The notes under the pieces: generated by a model | Seen by the model: only the letters and a program-made list of their open reading frames with translations | The model's database searches: none | What the model was told of the DNA's origin: nothing | Assembly: GCA_034722055.1 (NCBI GenBank) | Contig: JAYENL010000288.1 | Location: 7,242-58,489, forward strand | Origin: Armatimonadota bacterium | GTDB taxonomy: Bacteria > Armatimonadota > Zipacnadia > Zipacnadales > UBA5352 | Direction of reading: 5' to 3' | DNA length: 51,248 bases | Position numbers and translations under genes: made by a program | In this document: one piece after another, positions 32,890 through 42,475 of the stretch | Numbering within the stretch: position 1 is the first letter of the stretch | Layout of the letters: each line of letters starts with the position of its first letter

Positions 32890-35800
32890 CTACTCGATTG
32901 CGACTGGCGGCTCTCCGTCGAACCCGGCGCTGTAGCCGGCGAGGTCGCCGTCGAAGTGCAGCAGCAGGCGGGTGTGCTCGTCAGGCTGGAAGGTGTCGTC
33001 GCGCGCGGGCGGTGTGAAGTCGTCGGTGTAACGTTGCACCGAAGAGAGCCGCAGCTCGTCGATGGCGCCTGCCAGGTTGTACATCATCATACTGACGGGC
33101 TCGAAGGCCGGCCGGTTGTCCTTCCAGGCGTAGTTGTAGTGCTGCCCGCGGCGGCCGTTGACGTAGACCTGCGCGATGAGCACGTTCTCCTGCGGCCGGG
33201 TGTTGTATCCCGGGTCCCTGGCCTTGATGCCGTCGCGCGGCCCCCAGACCCACGCGATGTGCACCCACTCGCCCGCGTCGAAGACCGTCCGGCGATAGGC
33301 GCGCATTGAGTGGCGGATGTCCGGGGCCTGGGCCATGAAGTATCCGTAGAGCACGTGGGAGAGGTAGAAGTCGAGGTTCGCGTCACGCTGCCGCTCGGTC
33401 ATGTTGTAGGACAGCCGCCACGGCTCGCCCTCACCAACCTGCAGACGCAGCAGCGTCTTCCCCTTCAGGGGCAGATCCACGGTGCTCCAGTCGGGCCTGA
33501 ACCACAGCTCAATGGTGCCCTCGCTGAAGGGCAGGAACTGCCGGCCGTCGCCGGAGGGATGCGGGTCGCCGCCCTCCACGATGAGCCTGCCGCGCTCGGG
33601 GATGTAAAGCGCCTGATCGGCTTCGGCTCCGCTTACGCCATCAACGAAGCCTGTCTCCGCGGGGCGCTCGACGACCTCGGGCGGCGGCTCCGCCGTCCAC
33701 TCGATGGCGGGCTCGAAGTACCCTTCAGGGTCTTCCACCGTGAAGAAGGGCGGGATGTTCCACGTGCGCACAAGCTGGTTGTCCACCGGCTCGAAGGCCC
33801 ACATCCCGGGCATCTCGGCGGGCAGCTCGACCAGGCCGTGCTGCGGCTCCTCGCCCGGCCACGCCTCGCCGTCCGGCGCATAGAGCAGGGCCGAGCCCTC
33901 GAACATGATGCGCGGGGACGCGGCGCCCTCGGGCACCCGGAAGTAGTAGCGCACAGCCGGCGCCTGCGGAGGGGCGGGGCGCCAGTAGTCGGGCGCGTGG
34001 ATCACCAGCGGCACGCGTGTGTCGGCCACCACCATCTGCTGGCCGAAGGTATCCGCGACGATCTCGTACTCCCCGGCCGGCGCGTCCGCCGGCACCGCGA
34101 TGCTCTGCGCGTCATAGGTCTCCTGCTTGACCCACGGCAGCCCCTCGTGCTCGATGGAGTCGGCGCCGGCGGGAATGACCTTGAAGCCCTCGGGAGTGTC
34201 GATGTCGAAGGCCAGCGCCTGCCCCTGGGGCTTACGGAAGACGAAGCCGGAGCGGTTGCCGAAGTCCTCGAACCCCGCCCATGACGTGACCGGCTCCCGG
34301 TCAGCGCCCGACTCCACCAGCACCCGCTCGGCGTCAGCCACGCCCTCGAGCAGGAAGGTCATCTTCTCCGCGCTGTCCGCGCCGAACATCGTCCGGGTCT
34401 CCGGGTCGTAGCCGCTCGCGGCCTGGCGCACGGCGATGGCCAGCCCCTGGGCGTAGCGCGGGTCGCCGGTCTCATCGTAGAGGAAGGCGCCGGTGATGCC
34501 CAGCGGGTTGGTGTAGGTCAGTGGCCACTCGCCGAGGTACTTCTGCCACAGCCAGCGCGAGAGGCGCATCGAGCAGTCGTAGTAGCGCGGCGAGCCGAGC
34601 ACCTCCCATGCCTCCAGCAGCGCGCGGATGTCCACCTGCGTCTTGTAGGTGGTAGAATAGGGCTGGTCGAAGTTCCCCCGCTCCTGGATGAAGCCCACCG
34701 GCGCGTCCGGCCGGTGGATCGCATCGAAGGTCGCCTCGGCCATGGCGCGCAGCTCCGGGTCCCAGGTGAAGGCGTAGCCGCCGACGAGCATGCGCATCAG
34801 CACAAGCTGGCGGGCGTCCCGGTTGGCGCGCGCGGGCGTCCAGAGGCGCTTTATGCCCTCGTTGTACTCCGCGATGTAATCCGCCGCGCGGCGGTAGCCG
34901 GTGAGGTAGTAGTACCACGCGTAGTTGTTCATGGTGGTCGAGCTTGAGATATGTGGGGTGGTCGCCGACTCCCAGTAAAAGGGGAGCTGGCCCTTGCGCA
35001 CGCCGCCGATGGGCAGGTCAGAGCCGCTGTCGGAGACGAACAGCCCTGCGATCTTCTTCGGCCCGTCCCAGTGCGCGGACTTGCCGTCGAAGTCGGTGCG
35101 CACGGAGTCGGCGACGAAGCGGCGGGTATCCCGGTGGCCTGAGCGGGCGTACATCAGCCACAGGTCGGGGCGCAGGGTGTAGGTGATGCCACTGTAGCGC
35201 TTCTGATGCACGTACTCCCGGCGGTAGCCCAGGTGCGGGCCGCCGTAGTAATCGACGAACCCGTAGTCGCCCCACGTCGCGATCCGCTGGTGCCACTGCT
35301 CGATGGCAGTGGAGATCGCGGTCTCGACGATCGGGAAGCGCTCGGGGTCGCGCGGGTGGATGGGCTTCATGGCGCCGGTGGAGCAGACCCATGCCGGGTC
35401 GGCGAGCGCGAAGACCGGGCGGGAATGCAGATGCGAGAGGTGCCCGAGCGTCTCGCGAGGAGCGGCCATCGGCCCGCAGGGTACGAACATCAGGTCGTGG
35501 GTCTTTGACCAGCCGATGGCGTTGGAGGTGTGCGCCCGCATCTTCTCCATGACTTCCTCGTGAGAGAGCCGGTGAGCCTCAGAGACCGCCGCATCGTACC
35601 AGGTCAGCAGGTCCCATTTCTCGGCCAGCGTCTCAGGGCGGAAGTCCAGCTCCTCGCCCGCCCGGCCCGAGAAGAGGTGCATGGTCAGCCGGTCGGGGCG
35701 CACCTCGAACTCCTTGGGGTGCTGCAGCGCCGCCTCCCGGCAGGACACGGCAAGCCCGCCCTGGGGACCCAGGAGCGCCGCCCAGTCGCCACACTCCTCG

Positions 35801-37743
35801 CCCTCCGTCACCAGCGCCCTCTCGCCATCGGCATCCACCGTCGCGACCTCGAAGTGGTTCTCGCCGTGGGCGAAGAAGTAGTGACTGTCCTGCAGCATGT
35901 ACGCTGAGCCACCCTCGTCGAGCGGCACCGACGCCGACTCCCGCCAGTCCTCGCGCGAGGTTCCGAACAGCGCCGCGGCCTGCTCCGGCTGCTCCGTCCG
36001 CAGCTCCCAGCCGATGTCGCGGAACCACACCTCGTTGGTGTCACGCGAGAGCACCAGCGTGTGCGTGATGTCAACCCACGGCTGCCCGGCGTGCATCTTC
36101 ACGCGCGTGATGTGCCGCGCCAGCTTTTCGCCGTCCTGGGTCGCGTATGGACCCTCGAAGCGCACGCAGGCCGACACCGGCCCCTCAGCCTCCACCAGCA
36201 TTGTCTCGCCCTCCGCGGAGGCGCTGGCGGTGCGGCCCTGCTGGTCGATCACGTAGAGCCCGCGCGTGCCGTCGCTGGCAGCGAAGGTCCTCCCGTCGCG
36301 CTGAATGCGTATCAGCGGCGAGGCGCCCCTCCCCAGCACGTAGCGCCACGGGCCGTTCGCGACGGTGATCGTCCCGTCGTCATTCGGGGAGAGCTGCAGC
36401 GCCGGCCCGGCGTGCTCTGCCGGGGGCGCGATCTCGACGAAGCAGCCCTGCTGAGGAGTGACCAACGCGTCAAAGCGCACCCACTTGATCGCGCCCTCCG
36501 GCGCCCAGCGCCCGGCCACCTCCATCTGATGCGGCAGCACGTTCCCCTCTCCGTTGACCAGCCGCAGGCGCTCGGTCTCCCACAGCGCACCCGGCGCGAA
36601 GGGCGCGCCGAATGCCGCCGGCCAGCTCGACACCTCGGCGGCGCCCTCGGGGGGAGTGAGCGTGATCTCGATGCGCTGCCCGGGCTGCAGAATCTGTGCG
36701 GGCTCCTCCGCGCTGACCTGTATCTGAGCCTGCGCGAGCCGCTGGCCGCCCTCGGTCAGCTCGACGCGCAGCGTGGCCTCGGAGGCGTCCAGGGTACGCA
36801 GGTCGGCCAGGACGCGTCCTACGTGGCGGGTGGGGATCGCGCTCGCCCGCGCCAGCGTGGCGCCGTCCGCGCCCACCAGCGCCGCAACCACCTCCGCACC
36901 GCCCAGCCGCGCGGCCGGCAGGCCCAGCAGCACATCACCCTCGATCCAACGATCGCCGGGACGGGCCGTCGCGCGCCTGAAGCGCAACTGTAGCGGCTGA
37001 TTGATCGGAGGCTTTGCGGCCTCATCGGACTCGCCCTCGATTCCCGCAAGCCTGAGCTGTGCCGCGCCGGTGTCCCCATAGCCGCCGGCGTAGGCGCGGG
37101 GATCGATGTTGGGCCCATTGCGGCCGAGGTTGAAGCCCAGGGCGGCCGGCCACTGCGCCAGCTCCAGTGCCCCCAGGGGCAGCGCCATCTCCACCGACCA
37201 GCCGTCGTCATTCGCCGCAGCCGCGTGGCGCCAGTCCGGGTCATGGCCGGGGCCGGCCGGGCCGGCGTCGTAGATCGCGTCGCCGGCGCTGACGACAAAC
37301 TGATAGACCGCCTCGCCCCCGCCGGTGGTGTCGAGCCACAGCTCGATACAGTCGTCGCGCCAGGCGCCTCCGTCCCGCTCCCACTCTCCCGCGACCGGCT
37401 TCTCCCCGAGGCTCAGATCGCAGACAGCCGCGACGTAGAGCGCGGAGCCGTCGTAGCACGCCAGCCCACGTGTGGCCGGCCGGGTCCCTCCATCGCGGGG
37501 GATGTTGAACTGCGCGGCAGAGCGCCACGCGGCCTCATCTGCCTCACCGTTGATGACGGGCGCCTCCGCACAGCGGGGGATCTCCAGCGTGGCCGTCCGA
37601 CCCTCGGCGCGCTCAAGCACGCGCTCGATGGCTGGCGGGGAGAAGTCCAGCCTCAGGGCCTCCTGCGCAAACGCCGGGGCAGCCGCGAAGATGATGGCAC
37701 AGATCAGCGCGGGCGCGATGCGGCGCATCTCCGATGAGCGCAT
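32890..37743 (-). CDS. Giant secreted protein: CBM9-like domain, exo-rhamnogalacturonan lyase (PcRGLX/YetA)-like core, C-terminal LamG domain
   Basis: GAGGTG RBS before ATG 37743; signal peptide; PVINGEADEAAW, DCIELWLD; GAPFAPGAL...RWAPEGAIKWV; EAEGPVSACV; QHPKEFEV; GTIELWFRP, IDELRLS, LLLHFDG. Confidence 0.75.
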   Translation of the reverse strand: MRSSEMRRIAPALICAIIFAAAPAFAQEALRLDFSPPAIERVLERAEGRTATLEIPRCAEAPVINGEADEAAWRSAAQFNIPRDGGTRPATRGLACYDGSALYVAAVCDLSLGEKPVAGEWERDGGAWRDDCIELWLDTTGGGEAVYQFVVSAGDAIYDAGPAGPGHDPDWRHAAAANDDGWSVEMALPLGALELAQWPAALGFNLGRNGPNIDPRAYAGGYGDTGAAQLRLAGIEGESDEAAKPPINQPLQLRFRRATARPGDRWIEGDVLLGLPAARLGGAEVVAALVGADGATLARASAIPTRHVGRVLADLRTLDASEATLRVELTEGGQRLAQAQIQVSAEEPAQILQPGQRIEITLTPPEGAAEVSSWPAAFGAPFAPGALWETERLRLVNGEGNVLPHQMEVAGRWAPEGAIKWVRFDALVTPQQGCFVEIAPPAEHAGPALQLSPNDDGTITVANGPWRYVLGRGASPLIRIQRDGRTFAASDGTRGLYVIDQQGRTASASAEGETMLVEAEGPVSACVRFEGPYATQDGEKLARHITRVKMHAGQPWVDITHTLVLSRDTNEVWFRDIGWELRTEQPEQAAALFGTSREDWRESASVPLDEGGSAYMLQDSHYFFAHGENHFEVATVDADGERALVTEGEECGDWAALLGPQGGLAVSCREAALQHPKEFEVRPDRLTMHLFSGRAGEELDFRPETLAEKWDLLTWYDAAVSEAHRLSHEEVMEKMRAHTSNAIGWSKTHDLMFVPCGPMAAPRETLGHLSHLHSRPVFALADPAWVCSTGAMKPIHPRDPERFPIVETAISTAIEQWHQRIATWGDYGFVDYYGGPHLGYRREYVHQKRYSGITYTLRPDLWLMYARSGHRDTRRFVADSVRTDFDGKSAHWDGPKKIAGLFVSDSGSDLPIGGVRKGQLPFYWESATTPHISSSTTMNNYAWYYYLTGYRRAADYIAEYNEGIKRLWTPARANRDARQLVLMRMLVGGYAFTWDPELRAMAEATFDAIHRPDAPVGFIQERGNFDQPYSTTYKTQVDIRALLEAWEVLGSPRYYDCSMRLSRWLWQKYLGEWPLTYTNPLGITGAFLYDETGDPRYAQGLAIAVRQAASGYDPETRTMFGADSAEKMTFLLEGVADAERVLVESGADREPVTSWAGFEDFGNRSGFVFRKPQGQALAFDIDTPEGFKVIPAGADSIEHEGLPWVKQETYDAQSIAVPADAPAGEYEIVADTFGQQMVVADTRVPLVIHAPDYWRPAPPQAPAVRYYFRVPEGAASPRIMFEGSALLYAPDGEAWPGEEPQHGLVELPAEMPGMWAFEPVDNQLVRTWNIPPFFTVEDPEGYFEPAIEWTAEPPPEVVERPAETGFVDGVSGAEADQALYIPERGRLIVEGGDPHPSGDGRQFLPFSEGTIELWFRPDWSTVDLPLKGKTLLRLQVGEGEPWRLSYNMTERQRDANLDFYLSHVLYGYFMAQAPDIRHSMRAYRRTVFDAGEWVHIAWVWGPRDGIKARDPGYNTRPQENVLIAQVYVNGRRGQHYNYAWKDNRPAFEPVSMMMYNLAGAIDELRLSSVQRYTDDFTPPARDDTFQPDEHTRLLLHFDGDLAGYSAGFDGEPPVAIE

Positions 37744-37839
37744 CTCGGACCACCTCATCATGTGCGAATGACGTGCCGCAGGGCTGCGTTCTCACTGCCT
37801 GGTCGCCGTGACGCCAGGGTCTCAGCCCAGCGATTCAAG

Positions 37840-37866
37840 TTCGCCGGAGCAGGGAAGAGGGCCTTC
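37840..37866 (-). promoter_or_regulatory. Putative sigmaH-like promoter GAAGG-N17-GCGAA
   Basis: Recurrent motif about 95 nt upstream of ATG 37743. Confidence 0.5.
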
Positions 37867-37943
37867 GCGGCGGCAGCGTCAGTCGCCGAGGGTCAGGCGC
37901 TGGATACGGCCGTCTCGGGTGACCGCGAGGATCGGCCCGGGGG

Positions 37944-40900
37944 TCAGCCTGCGGTGAGGAGCTTGTCTGTCCCTGGCGCGAAAAGCAGCTCATGGCCCTC
38001 GGCGACAGGCGCCGCCTCAAATCCCAGGATGCAGGCCTGCCCGTAACCGAAGACGCGGAATGACCAGCCCTCGCGCGGACGGCCGTCCACGCTCACACGC
38101 TGGGAGCGCGGTGACAGATCGTTCGAGCCGATCCACACGTCGCGGGAGACCACCTCGCCGGACGGGTCGAGCACCTCGACCTCCAACGGCCAGGACCGGC
38201 CCTTGTAGGTCAGCGTGAATGCCTCCGTGCCCTCGGGCAGGTCGAAGAAGTAGGGGAAGCCGTCGCCGACCCACGTGCCCTCGGCGAAGATCGGGTAGGC
38301 CTCCCGGAGGTCCGGCTGGCCTTTGCTGATTGGGACCGTCACGAAGAAGTTCCGCCCGCACAGCACGCGCAGGGCGTACTCCGTCGCACCCTCGGCCGGC
38401 ACCTCCAGGTGCAGCACCACGCCGCGGCCATCCTGCTCCGGGGTGCCGCTCGCGCGCACGGGCGGTCCGCCGCCGAGCGGCTCCAGCACCGCCTCGTATG
38501 AAGCACCAGCGTAACCGCTCACGGCCACATCCAGCGCCAGCGGCTCGTCGCGCTCCTGGCTGATGCGCGCGTGGAGGACGTACCGCTCCTGGCCATCGAC
38601 CGTCTCCCGCGAGAGGCAGCGGATGGAGGTCTGCGTCGGCGGCGCGGGCTCGGCCTCGCCGCCGCGCTTCGCCGCTGCTGAAAGGTAGTAGGGCACCTCC
38701 TGCATGAAGTAGGACTGATCGAGGTTTGAGTGGTGGACGATGAACTGACCGTAGTAGCGCGGATCGGCGCCGCGATAGACGTGATCGACGAAGTCGGAGA
38801 CCTGATAGGCCGCCGCCTGCATACACGTGTCATCGCCAGTGTAGAGATATGCATGCGCCAGGATGTTGATCTTGGCGTGATATCCACCAGGCGGCCGGGG
38901 CTGGCTGGCCGTCCAGTCCGCCCAGCGGGCCGTCGCTGCCATCGCGCGGCGACTGCCGGTCAGGTCTACGTAGCGCTGCAGATAGGGCGCGAAGTTCTCC
39001 CACTGCGGGAAGCTCCCATCCTCGCGCTGGGTGTCCAGCAGCGTGTCAACCGTGCGCTCCAGGAACTCCAGGTAGTCATTGTCCCAGGTCAGGAAGTAGA
39101 GCGCCGCCGCGCTGGTGGCGCGCGCGGCGCCCTCGCGGTGCGGACGCGGCTTGCCGTCCTCGAGCAGGGCCGTCCCGTGCTCCAGTGCGGTGGTCAGACT
39201 GCGCTTGCTGCCGGTCACATAGTAGTGCCACAGCATCGAGTCCGCGACCGAGTTGTAGCCCAGCCTGCCCCCGGAGGCCCAGTGCACGAAGCCCTTGTAG
39301 TCGCAGATGCCGCCGACCAGCTTCTGCAGCGGGTAGCTGAGGTCCTCGAGGTCCTCGGTGGTGTAATGGCAGTGATCCACGTCGGCGACGTGACGGGCAT
39401 TCGCGTCGGCCCAGTCGAGCAGGCGCTTGTCGCCGGTGCGGGCGTACATCAGCCACGGCCAGCGCGTCCAGCCGTGGTGGGTATTGCGCCAGATGCGGTG
39501 CAGATTCCACCGCCGCCCCTGCCAGTCCCAGTTGTGATGGGAGTCGCCGTAGTTGAACATCCCGTAGTCGCGGTCGGTGATCCGGTGGCGCATGATGCAG
39601 TCGATGGCGTCCTCAAGCGCGCCCTCGATGCGCGGGAAGCGCTCCTCGTCCCTGGGATGCAGCCTCCCGAAGACCTCGCTGGCGCAGACCCACTCGGGCT
39701 CCACGACCGCGGCGGGCGCCTCCTGGAACACCTCGTTGAGCTGGCGCGAGCCGGCGCTCTCCCAGTCCCGGGCGTGGAAGTAGAGCAGCATCTCGTGGGT
39801 CTTCGCCAGGCCGATGGCGTTGGCGACCTTCGCGTTGGGGTAGTTGTAGGTCTCGCTGTCCTGCTTGACGTACTCCAGGACCTCCTCGGGGACCGTGAAG
39901 TCCAGGACCGGTCCCTCGTGCGCGAACCACTGCTGGTAGACATTGCGGATGCTCAGGTTCTGACCGGTGCGGATCGGCTCCTCTGCGTGCTCCGGCCAGA
40001 AGTGCACGGTGACGCCCTCGGGCGAGACCTCGAGCTCCTTGGGGAACTGCTGCCAGAAGTCGCGGACGGCGAGGGTCATGAACCTGCCCGGGGCGCCGGC
40101 GGTCAGCCAGCCCTCGGCCTTCTCGCCCTCCTCCTTGAATGCGCCCTCCTCGTAAACGCGGAAGAAGAGGTCGTCGCGCTGCAGCAGCCACGCACCCAGC
40201 TCCCGCACCCGCCCGCCGCTCACGTCGGGCGTCCCCAGGACGTACTGATAGCCGCGAAAGGGCAGGTGGTGGCCGATGCCGCGATATCGGGCCTCATCGG
40301 AGTCGGCGGTGATGATGAAGGTGTGCTCCACGCGCAGCCAGGGCAGGCCGCGGGAGGCGTGGATGCGCACGATGTACCTCCCGAGCCGCTCGCCCTCCTC
40401 GGAGACATGCCAGCCCGAGATCCTGACGCAGGCCCTGAGCGGACCGGCCTCCTCCAGCACCGCCTCGGCCCGGTCGTCGCGGATGCCGAGGAAGCGCTCC
40501 CCGGCCTCGTTGACCATGAAGGGCCCCGTGGTCTCGTCCGCGTCCAGCGCCATCTCCCCATTGGCGAATTGGCCGTCGCCATCGCCATCGAGCCACACGC
40601 GGCCGATGCCGGCGGAGCCGTCGCGCGGTGTGACGAGCTGCAGCGGACCCGTGCGCAGGGCGATGGCGTCATCGGTCCGTTCAGCCTCCAGCGGCCCAGG
40701 CACCTCCGCCCGGCGCACATCGGGGCCGAACTGCAGCGTGTACTCCCGGCTCTCGCCGCCGACCGGGGGCATGAAGTCGAGCTGCAGCCACCTGATGCTC
40801 CCCCGCTTTGACCAGCGCCCGATGGTCTTCACCTGGACCGGGACCTCGTTGCCGCTCTCATCGAGCAGGCGCACGTTCTCCTCCGAATCCAGCGCGCCCC

Positions 40901-42053
40901 AGGGGAAGGGCACGCCGACGGTGATCGGCCACGCCTGCTGCTCAGCGGGGGCGGGTGTGACTGTCAGCGGGATGCGACCCGAGCGCTGCACTGAATGGTC
41001 CTCGACGACGAACTCCTCGGTGGCGCTGGCGAAGACGCCGCCGTCGTCGCGGAGGCGGACCTGCATCTCATACACGCCCGGCTCCAGCCCCTGCAGCCGC
41101 CAGTCGAAGTCCAGCACGCGCGCGGTCACCGGCTGCACCGTCCGGGCCTGTATCTCCTCACCGCCGCGCAGCAGGGCCAGTTCGACCGCGGGGTCCCCCT
41201 GCGTCTCAGGACCGGTGTCCCCGGCAACGATTCGCACCCGTCCGGTGGCGAGCGGCTGGAAGGTCGGATAGCGATCGCGGTCGAGGTAGAGCGCAGCGTT
41301 GGCGTCGCGGGGTAGAGTCGAGAGGAGCGCAGCGTGCTGCTCGGCGGTTCCCAGGATGAGCTTCGCGGCGCCGGTCACGTCCCCGTACTTCTCCCCGAAG
41401 GCCGTGGTGAGCTGGCCGTTGGCGCGGTCGTTGCGGCCGCAGGTGAACAGCAGAGCCGTTCCTGGCTGCAGCTCCTCGATTCCGAGCGTGCTCAGCGGGA
41501 TCGCCATCTCCAGCGCGTAGGCGTCCTCCCCCAGCACCGCCGCGCATGACCACTCGCCGTCCCACTGGCCGGCTCCGTTGCGGGTGTCCTGGCGGGCGCC
41601 GTTGGCATTGGCGAGGAACTGCAGGATGGTCCCGCCACCATCCGGGGACAGCTTGAAGTCGATGCAGTCGTCGCCCCACACGTTCCCGTCGTGGACCTCG
41701 GCGGGCACGTCTCGCTGGAGGGCGTCAATGTCGCTGAAGCCGCAGAGCGCGGCGAGGTAGAGGCTCTGCGTGTCGAAAGCCACGCGCAGCGACGTGGGGC
41801 TTGCGGCGGCCCGGGGTCCGAAGTGGAACTGCGGGGCGACCATCGCGTCCTCCCACCAGGCTTCGTCGAGCGCTCCGTCGAGCGCCGGCGGCGCCTCGAT
41901 CCGCACCGCGTGGACGATCGCGCGTTCCGCCGCCTCCTCGCTGCGAAAGTGAATCGCCTCGAAGCGCGCGGCAGCCACCCGAAGGGCCGTGGCAATGACG
42001 AGCAGGCTGATCACGGCAGGGACTCTCGTGCGTCGGTGGCTTGTGGTGAACAT
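37944..42053 (-). CDS. Giant secreted paralog: CBM9-like domain plus PcRGLX/YetA-like core
   Basis: PALDGALDEAWW, DCIDFKL; GVPFPWGAL...RWSKRGSIRWL; EEAGPLRACV; FWQQFPKELEV; DYGMFNYGD; colinear with 32890-37743. Confidence 0.75.
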   Translation of the reverse strand: MFTTSHRRTRVPAVISLLVIATALRVAAARFEAIHFRSEEAAERAIVHAVRIEAPPALDGALDEAWWEDAMVAPQFHFGPRAAASPTSLRVAFDTQSLYLAALCGFSDIDALQRDVPAEVHDGNVWGDDCIDFKLSPDGGGTILQFLANANGARQDTRNGAGQWDGEWSCAAVLGEDAYALEMAIPLSTLGIEELQPGTALLFTCGRNDRANGQLTTAFGEKYGDVTGAAKLILGTAEQHAALLSTLPRDANAALYLDRDRYPTFQPLATGRVRIVAGDTGPETQGDPAVELALLRGGEEIQARTVQPVTARVLDFDWRLQGLEPGVYEMQVRLRDDGGVFASATEEFVVEDHSVQRSGRIPLTVTPAPAEQQAWPITVGVPFPWGALDSEENVRLLDESGNEVPVQVKTIGRWSKRGSIRWLQLDFMPPVGGESREYTLQFGPDVRRAEVPGPLEAERTDDAIALRTGPLQLVTPRDGSAGIGRVWLDGDGDGQFANGEMALDADETTGPFMVNEAGERFLGIRDDRAEAVLEEAGPLRACVRISGWHVSEEGERLGRYIVRIHASRGLPWLRVEHTFIITADSDEARYRGIGHHLPFRGYQYVLGTPDVSGGRVRELGAWLLQRDDLFFRVYEEGAFKEEGEKAEGWLTAGAPGRFMTLAVRDFWQQFPKELEVSPEGVTVHFWPEHAEEPIRTGQNLSIRNVYQQWFAHEGPVLDFTVPEEVLEYVKQDSETYNYPNAKVANAIGLAKTHEMLLYFHARDWESAGSRQLNEVFQEAPAAVVEPEWVCASEVFGRLHPRDEERFPRIEGALEDAIDCIMRHRITDRDYGMFNYGDSHHNWDWQGRRWNLHRIWRNTHHGWTRWPWLMYARTGDKRLLDWADANARHVADVDHCHYTTEDLEDLSYPLQKLVGGICDYKGFVHWASGGRLGYNSVADSMLWHYYVTGSKRSLTTALEHGTALLEDGKPRPHREGAARATSAAALYFLTWDNDYLEFLERTVDTLLDTQREDGSFPQWENFAPYLQRYVDLTGSRRAMAATARWADWTASQPRPPGGYHAKINILAHAYLYTGDDTCMQAAAYQVSDFVDHVYRGADPRYYGQFIVHHSNLDQSYFMQEVPYYLSAAAKRGGEAEPAPPTQTSIRCLSRETVDGQERYVLHARISQERDEPLALDVAVSGYAGASYEAVLEPLGGGPPVRASGTPEQDGRGVVLHLEVPAEGATEYALRVLCGRNFFVTVPISKGQPDLREAYPIFAEGTWVGDGFPYFFDLPEGTEAFTLTYKGRSWPLEVEVLDPSGEVVSRDVWIGSNDLSPRSQRVSVDGRPREGWSFRVFGYGQACILGFEAAPVAEGHELLFAPGTDKLLTAG

Positions 42054-42122
42054 ATCTGGCCCCCTGACCGAATCGCAGCGTGCGGTCGCGAGCTCCGGGT
42101 GATCTGGCGTCTGCGAGAGCAT

Positions 42123-42148
42123 TTCTTCCGGGGAGCCCTCAGTCCTTC
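42123..42148 (-). promoter_or_regulatory. Putative sigmaH-like promoter GAAGG-N16-AAGAA
   Basis: Variant with a 1-nt shorter spacer, 70 nt upstream of ATG 42053. Confidence 0.35.
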
Positions 42149-42280
42149 GGGGCATGGAGAGCACGCGGCAGTAATTGACACAGGTGGGCCTCTGGCTGGA
42201 GGCGGAGGCGACAAAGCTGCACGGCTCGGGCGGGGCTCGGTCCTCTCCGGCCCCGCCAGCGCCATGCCGGGCGCAACGCC

Positions 42281-42316
42281 CTCACTCTGACTGGCCCGAA
42301 GAATGGGGGGAGGTCA
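42281..42316 (+). mobile_element. IS3-family right-end remnant, copy 1
   Basis: CTCACTCTGACTGGCCCGAAGAATGGGGGGAGGTCA, 33/36 identical to copy 2; the terminal GGTCA resembles IS3-family ends. Confidence 0.6.
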
Positions 42317-42475
42317 CCCGGACCGAAGTTGTGAATGTCGCAGACAGTTGAGGCGGTAGTTGCGCGTCCACTCGGTGCGTTACGCGAATCCGATTGTCCT
42401 TGGCGTCCGCCGTCGCTGTGGTTGCATTCGGCGCGGCGAGTGCTTTCGTCGTTGTCGCAGGAAAGGGGCTGAGCG

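Noticed and set aside
37762..37878. TPP-riboswitch-like GCTGAGA...CCC on the minus strand
   Set aside because: The downstream CCTGA...GGGAA core and P1 pairing are absent, and no thiamine gene follows.
42175..42205. Perfect TTGACA hexamer
   Set aside because: No -10 box at 16-19 nt spacing.
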